Origin: Macrostomum lignano
Lineage: Eukaryota
Assembly (NCBI GenBank): GCA_002269645.1
Contig: NIVC01002017.1
Location: 62,001 to 126,000, forward strand
Direction of reading: 5' to 3'
Length of the DNA stretch: 64,000 nt
Part shown: piece by piece, positions 55,401 to 64,000 of the stretch
Layout of the letters: every line of letters starts with the position of its first letter
Numbering within the stretch: position 1 is the stretch's first letter
Program-made: the position numbers and the translations under genes
The notes under the pieces: generated by a model
Database searches by the model: none
What the model saw: the letters and a program-made list of their open reading frames with translations, nothing else
Told to the model about the DNA's origin: nothing

Positions 55401-56796
55401 ACTAGATAATATCTAGATAACAGGGTGCCTATACTAGAAAATATCTAGATAACAGTCTGTCTATGCTAGAGAATATCTAGATAACAGGGTGTCTATACTA
55501 GATAATATCTAGATAACAGTCTGTCTATACTAGATAATATCTAGATAACAGTCTGTCTATGCTAGAGAATATCTAGATAACAGGGTGTCTATACTAGAGA
55601 ATATCTAGATAACAGGGTGTCTATACTAGAGAATATCTAGATAACAGGGTGTCTATACTAGAGAATATCTAGATAACAGGGTGTCTATACTAAATAATAT
55701 CTATAAAACAGGGTAGCTGTACTAGAGAATATCTGGATAACAGGATATCAACGCATTCGGATTTCTATACCCTAAGATATCTGTGCACTAGGGTATGCAT
55801 ACATAAAGGTATCTAGTTGTTAGGGTATCTAGATATCAGAATAATCTAGATAGACACCACGACATATAGATTCTAGACCAGACATTTGGGTATCGCTACA
55901 GGATATCTCACAGTTATAAACCAGCAGGAATAGCATGCGAAGCCAATTCAGAACTGACCTGGATGGCCGCTACCCTGGCCGATGGCTAAAGTGGTGGCTG
56001 CCAAAGTCAGCATGACACCGAAGGCCAACCAGCGAGACAGGCTGGTGGCCACTTGCAGATACTTGGTCTTCTGCACATTGAAGAAGGCAAACGGACAAAC
56101 CAGCAGGCTGAAGGCGCCAACAAACAGTCTGTAGGCGTCTCGGCGGGTTAAGCCAGACTGGGGTGACCAGCAGTAATCCGTTTCTGTCCGATTGTCAGTG
56201 TCGGTGCTGCTGGCATTTGGCCAATAAGTGCAAGCCACGTCTCTGAGTGACTTGGGCACCGCAACAGCATAGATAGCAAGATCGCCGTACAGGTAAATGC
56301 AGATCACGGCATAGAATGCCACAATCAGGTAGGAATTAAAGTACATGTGCGCCATCTGGCCCAGTTCAAATCGTCGAGTGATTTCAAATGGCATCGAATC
56401 GGCGGATGGTGCAGTAGGCGCTTCTGACTGCACAATCCTGCCTGGATAGCGAAGCTCATCGATTTCATTGCCGAAGCTGTCAGCTGACGAGCGGATTAGT
56501 GGAGAACTTTCGCTATTCAAGCTGTCAGTGTCAGTCAGTCGCTGCTCATCTTGGCGCTTGACCAGCGCATTGGTGGTTGACATGACCTCTACAATGTAAC
56601 TCACTGTGATGAAGCTGAGGAATGCCAGGCAGACAATAGTGAGGCCGCCAGCTAGCCAGCCAGCAATGGCAAATGCCTTTGGCAGAGTGAGAGCGCCAGT
56701 TCCTACGATAAGATTAAAGATGAACACCATGCCTGTAAGTGGTCTGTAGCTGGCCTCTGCTTGACCTCCATTGTTGCTACCCAATTGCCCAGCCAT
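52469..56796 (-). CDS. TMEM104: TMEM104 (amino-acid transporter family), 3 exons: 56796-55959, 54259-54009, 53023-52469
   Basis: FNLIVGTGALTLPKAFAIAGW, YLYGDLAIYAVAVPKSL, FNVQKTKYLQ, SFMCHHSLPAL, FPVFALSTSFPIIAITLRGNL, TGSYAG; intron phases 1 and 0 match GT..AG. Confidence 0.93.
53105..53402 (-). mobile_element. tRNA-derived CORE-type SINE in TMEM104 intron 2
   Basis: Minus-strand A box TGGCCTAGTGG (53401-53391) and B box GGTTCGATTCC (53357-53347); plus-strand CATTTTACAGCTGGGTGAACTGAAGC..AGTTAAGTGTCTTGCTCAATGACAC resembles the antisense MIR CORE; the 3' limit is approximate. Confidence 0.72.
53495..53905. repeat. 34-bp minisatellite in TMEM104 intron 2
   Basis: GCTACCCCCATCCTACCTGTTCTATCAGAGGGTG with an alternative AGTGGGCT variant. 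Confidence 0.93.
54490..55745. repeat. 32-bp minisatellite in TMEM104 intron 1 containing the palindrome TATCTAGATA
   Basis: TACTAGAGAATATCTAGATAACAGGGTGTCAT period. Confidence 0.93.
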
Positions 56797-57775
56797 TTAT
56801 TGAGATATGGCTAATTGACTTTTTGCTAAATATTCTATAGACTAGTGAAACCTGCAATAGTTAGAGTTTAGATTAGTGTTAAAAAAGACTTTAATTTAAT
56901 AAACTATATGAATCTAAATATAAATTAGTGACTTATAGTTCAAACAAAATTAACAAAAAATGACATTCTAAATTTTTTATAATAAAGTCTTATACTATAA
57001 CTGTTTTTAATAGCTTTGTTTTTGTATCACAATATATCATGATAAATTTTGTTTTACTTAGGTATTTCCAATTTAAACCAAGAATGCTAAATGGCAATGA
57101 TTATTTTATGATATTTAAAATATTGGTAATTAAGGCTAGATTTAACTAAATAAAAATATATTAGTTGGCTTCTCTAGAAATTATGTTACTGGAATGCATG
57201 ATAACATAGTTAATATATATCAAGTATATTAAGCATTTATTAATTGCTAAAAAGTTTTTAAGTTGGGTTCTTGTCTAGCTAATCAGTGCCAAGAAAAGTA
57301 TCTAGTAGATAGTTTCACTAAGGATCAATGTAACAAAATTGCATGGAAATTTTAAATTTAGAAAAAAATTAGAAAAAAGTTTTTTCCATTTGTCAAAATG
57401 GAAAAAACTTTAAATTTCACAAAATTAGCTCCTAGAAATTTATAAAACTTGGTTCAATTGCAGAAATACCAAAAAAATCTATATTATAGAAATACAAATT
57501 TATTTGCTTTTGTTGGCCTTGAGCCGATAATAATAGTAATCAATACAATTAATTATGGACAGGAGAATGTCACATGATTTAAGGAATTAAGATCAGATGA
57601 CAAGTTGCTGAAATTATTGAATTGTAGTTTACTACCTTTTGAACATTAAGGTTTTGCAATAAGAATAAAGCATCAAGCGATTTGGTCCAAGCCTAGCAAA
57701 AAGTTCTAAGAAACAGCTAAGAACCAGCTATTTAAATAAGAGATCTAAAACGTATGAAACATTCGCCGACACTTA

Positions 57776-58035
57776 GGGCCTTTTCATATTACCAATTCCA
57801 GAACCAGAATCGGTTTAGAATTCCAAGAAAAACAGCAGTATAACTATTAAACTCTGTTAATATTTGACTGCCTTAACAACCTAACTTAGCACAATTTTTC
57901 ACTTTCTTCTTGGCGATTGTCATTCAATAATAAAAACTTTATAGCACGTATCTCCCTCTAGTTATGGAGACAAAAAGTTATACTTCACAAATTGGTTCTG
58001 GTTCTGGAACCAGAGCAAGATATATGAAAAGGCCC
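57776..58035. mobile_element. 260-bp Tourist-like (PIF/Harbinger) MITE
   Basis: Perfect 14-bp TIR GGGCCTTTTCATAT / ATATGAAAAGGCCC flanked by TTA on both sides (57773-57775, 58036-58038). Confidence 0.85.
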
Positions 58036-59444
58036 TTATTCAGACACTTCTACAGACACTTTAGTTTCTGTCGTACGGTTAGGAACAAGCATTAAATTTG
58101 TCTAGGACACTTCCTAATTCATATTTAATGAAATAAAGCAGTCCATGCATAGTTTTAATTTTGAAATTTTGTTTTTGTGCACTCGTTCCAGACTTTCAAA
58201 TTATGGCTTTTATCGCGTAGCGTGCACATGCATCGTGTACAACGATTAGCTGCAGTGTGCTAAATAGTTCACTGAGGTATTAAAAGCGTACAAGGAGACG
58301 AACCTCAAGTATTTGTACATTTTAGTTGAAGTTAAAAGTTCAAGCTTTTAGTGAATCATTGGAAAATAAAACTATCCGTTTTAAATCGTGCAACATATTG
58401 TTTTGTCTCGGACATTTGTGACACTGTCACTTAGGGTTGCAAGGTTTTTAAAAAGAGAAACTGTTGCTTTTCCAATGCTGAAGTATTTGTGTTGTATGGA
58501 TCAGGGTTTTTCGTCAAAATTTGGATGCATGTATACATCTAAACATGTATATGCAGATGGAAATATAATAATCAAGATGCCATATGTACATTTGCCAACA
58601 TTTTCAGATTTTGTATAAAAATGATCAAGGTTGAGGATTACCCTATGGTATAACTGTTTTCTCCATTTTACTATTTCAAAGTGCCCACGTGAAGTTAGAT
58701 TTAGCATGCCAGCCTTAAAAAATAAAAAAAATCTACATAGTGTATAATTGTATACTCTTTTATTTAAGGCTATATTATATTCCCAATATATTTGCTTAGA
58801 TAAATCAAAAAGTATTTACTTTACTTGAAAAAAATAATGTTCACTACAAATATTTCAATGTAGAAACCAGGAAACATAAACCTATTAAGTCTTATATAGA
58901 AATGAAGGATAAAGATATGGATAGAATATAATAAAACCATTGTGGGCATTAAATATAAAACAAAAGAATCACTTAAGGCAAAATTTGAAAAAAGTGAATT
59001 TTTGGCATGCTCCAAGAAAAGAGGCTTATAATTTGAAATATTTTTGCTTTTGTTTGACAAAAAATATGTGTAGATTTATACTTTTGGGCAAGGTTTATTT
59101 TCTCTTAAAATTCTAATTGTAAATTTGCCAGTAAGCTTAAAAATTGTTGTAAGTTGAAGCTCAAATAAAATTAGTCTTAACTCCAATCTGACTTTCCAAA
59201 GTAAATCCCTAAATTATTTGTTACAATTGCTTTTAAAAACTTGCCATTTCATTCATTCATTAATCAAAATTTTGTTCTAGAAACTGATACCTATAGAAGG
59301 TTTATAGTTTTTAAGAAATCTAGTAACTAGTGTCAGAGAAATATGTTTATATAGGTTTTATATATATCAACCTTATATATAAAAAAGGTTTCACACTGAG
59401 ATTTAAATACAGCTTCTAACATGTGTGTCCAGAGGTGAGATTAT

Positions 59445-60835
59445 GGCCAACTGCACACCAATAGCATACCAACTCCATACTGACATGCCAACTGTATACC
59501 AACTGTATACAAACACCATATCAACTCCATACCAATATGCCAACTGCATACCAACTCCATACCAACTGCATACCAACTCCATACCAACATGCCAACTGCA
59601 TACCAACTCCATACCAACTGTATGCCAACTGCATACCAACTGCATACCAACTCTATACCAACTATATACCAACATGCCAACTGCATACCAACTGCATACC
59701 AACTCCATACCAACTACATACCAACATGCCAACTGCATACCAACTGCATACCAACTATATTCCAACATGCCAACTGCATACCAACTACATACCAACATAT
59801 CAACTCCATACCAACTGCATACCAACTCCATACCAATATGCCAACTGCATACCAACTCCATACCAATATGCCAATTGCATACCAACTCCATACCAATATG
59901 CCAATTGCATACCAACTCCATACCAACTGCATACCAACTCCATACCAACACCATACCAACTGTATGCCAACTGCATACCAACTCCATACCAACATGCCAA
60001 CTGTATACCAACTGCATACCAACTCCATACCAACATGCCAACTGCATACCAACTGTATGCCAACTGCATACCAACTGTATGCCAACTGTATGCCAACTCC
60101 ATACCAACTGTATGCCAACTGCATACCAACTCCATACCAACATGCCAACTGCATACCAACTGCATACCAACTGCATGCCAACTGCATACCAACTACATAC
60201 CAACTATATACCAACATGCCAACTGCATACCAACTGCATACCAACTCCATACCAACTATATTCCAACATGCCAACTGCATACCAACTGCATACCAACTCC
60301 ATACGACCATACCAACTATATTCCAACATGCCAACTGTATACCAACACCATACCAACTGTATGCCAACTGCATACCAACTCCATACCAACATGCCAACTG
60401 CATACAAACTACATACCAACTGCATGCCAACTGCATACCAACTCTATACCAACTATATACCAACATGCCAACTGCATACCAACTGCATACCAACTCCATA
60501 CCAACATGCCAACTGCATACCAACTGTATGCCAACTGCATACCAACTGTATGCCAACTGTATGCCAACTCCATACCAACTGTATGCCAACTCCATACCAA
60601 CATGCCAACTGCATACCAACTCCATACCAACATGCCAACTGCATACCAACTGCATACCAACTCTATACCAACTATATTCCAACATGCCAACTGTATACCA
60701 ACTCCATACCAACATGCCAACACCATACCAACTCCATACCAACATGCCAACTGCATACCAACTCCATACCAACTGCATGCCAACTGCATACCAACTCCAT
60801 ACCAACATACCAACTACATACCAACATGCCAACTT
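59445..60835. repeat. CCAAC-based degenerate satellite (9-11-bp units such as CCAACTGCATA, CCAACTCCATA, CCAACATG)
   Basis: Directly visible; ORFs in all frames are low-complexity artefacts. Confidence 0.95.
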
Positions 60836-60893
60836 ATATTATGCCACACTAAACGAAAACATGGCAAATTCATACCATTGTTTCATGTTTCAG

Positions 60894-63240
60894 GCTTCTT
60901 TGCATGGCAGCGAAGAAAAGTGTGTACGACACTTCTGAAGCCATTAGCGGTGACCAGTCAGGTGCTGCTGGTGCACAAGTTTTTTCTGCTGGAGGTGTTT
61001 TTTTGGAATCATGCATATCAACTAATCTCTTCGTGAATCACTTTGATACAAGAACTTGTAAACTTAAGCCTTCTTGGTTTGATGAAGTCATTTATCTACT
61101 GTTAAGACAGCATGGTGAGTATTGTCAGTTCTCAGTTAATAAGGTTAGACTGCGTGCATTTAAGCGCCATCGGAAGGACTGAAGTTTTCTTTGGATGCGC
61201 CTAGTCTGTGCCGAAGGCTCTGGTTGCAGTATGGCATTCGTCGTCACCTTAAACAAGGCGCCGACTGATGGGCAGTCCTCTACACTGACGCTACGAAGAA
61301 TCTCAGAGCACTCGAGGAATGATGTTCCATCAAGTTGTTCCTCTTATCGCTATCTGTGGCAACGAGGTTCACAAGAGTGCCGTAACTTTGTTTTATCTCA
61401 GGCCAACAACGCTGCTGCCAAGCCAACGCAGATCTATGTGAAAGCAATCGAGCTGTTTGGTAGCGAAGCATGCTCTCTATCTGCTGTCCGTACAACTGTT
61501 AGTCGGACAAAAGCTGCCGACGACAAGTCTCCAGACGACATAAGAGATTTAAGACTCCAAATGAAAGACTGGAAGTTGACTATAAACGAGGATGGAGTCA
61601 TTAGCGGCTATATCCAAAAGATTGACGTTGCACCAGTTGGTGTGATTCTCCATACCTCCATGCAGTTGGATTTGCTTCGCGACGTGCTGAAAGGCAATCA
61701 GCTTGCTCCTCTCCACTTAGACGCCACCGGCGGAATTGTGCGACAGACCCAGAACGTGCCGAGCACTGTACTTCTGTGCAGTGCTGTTGTTGCAACCCCG
61801 GATATAAAGAGAACAGCTGTATCAGAAAGCATCATGGAGGTCACGCGCTCGGAAAATGTGTCCAGTTGGCTAATGCATTTTTTAGCAGATTTCGCTCGTC
61901 ACTGCAACATAGGACTGTGGGAACTACCCAAGAAAGGTCCGCAAATCTACGTGTCTGACTTTAGCTGGGTTTTCATTCATGTTATTCTCCGAGCCGCATG
62001 TACGACCTGTGTTACAGACTACCTGCGTGTACAGTACAATCGACTTCGGAGTGCTGATCTGAAGCCACCTGAATCTCCTGTTGTGTTTATCTGTAGCTCG
62101 CATTTGCTGCGCGCTGTTGCCAGGACTTTGAAGTCACCAGATAAAATCGATAAGGTTACTTATCGCGAGTTCATGCTCTCTTTTGCACTATTAGTGACGT
62201 CGAAAACTTTGCGTTGCGCCCAAGCTGTTTGGAAGGCAATGGTCGAGGTGTTTACCTCCAGGCGAGTAGGTCCTGCCACTTTGAAGGCTTTACAAATTCT
62301 ACATGGTAGGTTCGACTTCAGTTCGTTGGAGATTCCTGATGAAAACCAAGTGGCTGAAGATTCTGCTAATGTCTCAAATGCAGTGCAAGAAGACGTCGCA
62401 TTGGCTGAATTGGAGACTGGACTACGAGCCTCATCACCTTTTGCGAAGTACTTCAACGATTTGACAAGCGAAGTGACAGCAAGCGATGGCAATGGCGTGC
62501 TGAACAATCTTTTCTACCCTCAGGCTGTTCAGGTTGTATTGCGAAAGTGGATGTCACTGTTTCCTCTTTGGAGTGTGGCAGTGTTTGGAGGAAATCGTAG
62601 CGCACACGTGACCAACGCCGCTGTTGAATCATGGTTCAGCTGGGGCAAAAGCGAAGCACTGCCTTCTCCAAGTTCTCGGCTCAGGTTACCAAGATTTGTC
62701 CGTGCGCAACTAACAACCGTAAAACTGCAACTGAAGCGGTTGCAGCACGAGCAACATCCAATTCGCCCCCCGAAGCGTGCTAGAGGACGCAAATGTGGCT
62801 TTGATGCTCCGTTAAACCCACCTGGAGATCCCTGGAAAAGGTCCAGAGCCTCAAAAAGACAAAGAACCAGCTTCATTCAATCGGCATTATCAATTCCGCC
62901 AGCCGTTGCACCCACGACCTGTACTCTAGCTGCGCCTGCTGCAAGTGGGTCTCGCTCGGGCAGCCAGCCCGTCATTGTCCAGGTTCGGCCTGCTATTGCA
63001 CGCACGACCTGTACTCTAGCTGCGCCTGCTGCAAGTGGGTCTCGCTCGGGCATTTCACCTGCACCAACAGCACAGAATACCACCTGTCACAGCCTACCAG
63101 ATGAGCAAATTGTGAGTGATGAAATTGCATTTTTTCAGTTTAGAAATACCTTCAGTCAACCCTTGTATTGGTTTACGTATTGTGTATGCGCCGTACACTC
63201 ACTCCGCCACAATTTGCGTCTCCCACTAGATCTGTCGTAG
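60894..63240 (+). mobile_element. Mutator-superfamily (FB-NOF/Phantom-like) DDE transposase coding region with one in-frame TGA at 61180-61182
   Basis: LHLDATGGIV (D1), YVSDFSWVFI (D2), FICSSHLL (CxxH), TNAAVESWF (E); ORF 60904-61182 is in the same frame as 61195-63240. Subfamily assignment is from motif memory, not a search. Confidence 0.75.
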
Positions 63241-64000
63241 TAATGTATGTGCCATGTCTCAGCAACTTGTGGGTAAGGTGCAACCTTATCAATCAACTCT
63301 CTTTGTAGGCCTCCTCCGTCTCGACTGGCACAGGTATTTATATTGCACAATCCAACATGTTCCGTATGATGCACGTTTCTGTTACGTGATTGTTCTCTGA
63401 TTAGAGATCTAAAGTTTATGATTCTATCATTTTTTTGCTTTTCGTGTCACCGATTATGCCCTTTTAAGTTTTACTAATTTCCATGAATTAGCATTCAACA
63501 TGTTGCTTTCCATAAGTATTTGTACTTTTAAGTTTCGTTTCTTTTGCTTACGTCGAGGCGCCATTTTTTGTTGTTAAATGGATGTGACTGGGCTGTTCAC
63601 TGGGACATTTTGATGGTAAATTCGTTCCTAACCGCCAATTTTATTAGGACGCGCCGACACTGCAGTGTCATTTCCTGCACTATCGCCACGGTCGCCAGAG
63701 GGGCCACCGAATCCGACGGGCACGTATTGTGCTTTCAATGCCGCCAGTCAATGCTTGGTTGCAACATTAACGAGCGCACTATCGTGTGATGCAGATTCAC
63801 CACTTGCGCTGTTCCTTAACTGCCTAATGACAGGCAAAGACGTTCTGTTGCTGCATTCAGCCGCGTTTCAGTGGTGCAGTAAAGCATTTCATATGGATCC
63901 TATGGCACAAAACTGTGCCTTAGAGTTTCTGACCGGAATGCTGTTTCTTTCTGAGCTCAAACCGCGATTTAGCTGCGAGGTAAGGGTGAACGGTTTATTA

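Noticed and set aside
59403-61036. 370-500-aa Cys/Tyr/His-rich ORFs on both strands
   Set aside because: Open in several frames on both strands because of the CCAAC satellite's composition; not credible proteins.

Overview
Metazoan nuclear DNA with GC-rich exons, GT-AG introns and a minisatellite in most introns; the style suggests a Macrostomum-like flatworm, which is an inference and not shown by the sequence. All host genes lie on the minus strand: a 6-exon GLUT/SLC2-type sugar transporter, a 3-exon cathepsin L, a 4-exon eIF2D, an MPV17L2-like gene, a small secreted Cys-rich protein ending in C-x4-C-N, a large secreted protein built from eight hemicentin-type vWA modules, and TMEM104. An ancestrally ~8.3-kb segment is tandemly duplicated (15158-28229 / 28228-33547). 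Its junction fuses eIF2D exon 1 in frame to the C-terminus of the neighbouring gene, giving a PUA-only, MCT-1-like chimera. Copy 1 carries a near-intact LOA/R1-like LINE with a 13-bp TSD and a TAATG ORF1/ORF2 overlap; copy 2 preserves the empty site. Other mobile DNA: degraded RTE fragments, several MITEs, a piggyBac remnant, a Helitron-like end, a CORE-SINE, and a Mutator/FB-NOF-like transposase next to a CCAAC satellite. Most long ORFs in the supplied track that overlap tandem repeats are artefacts.
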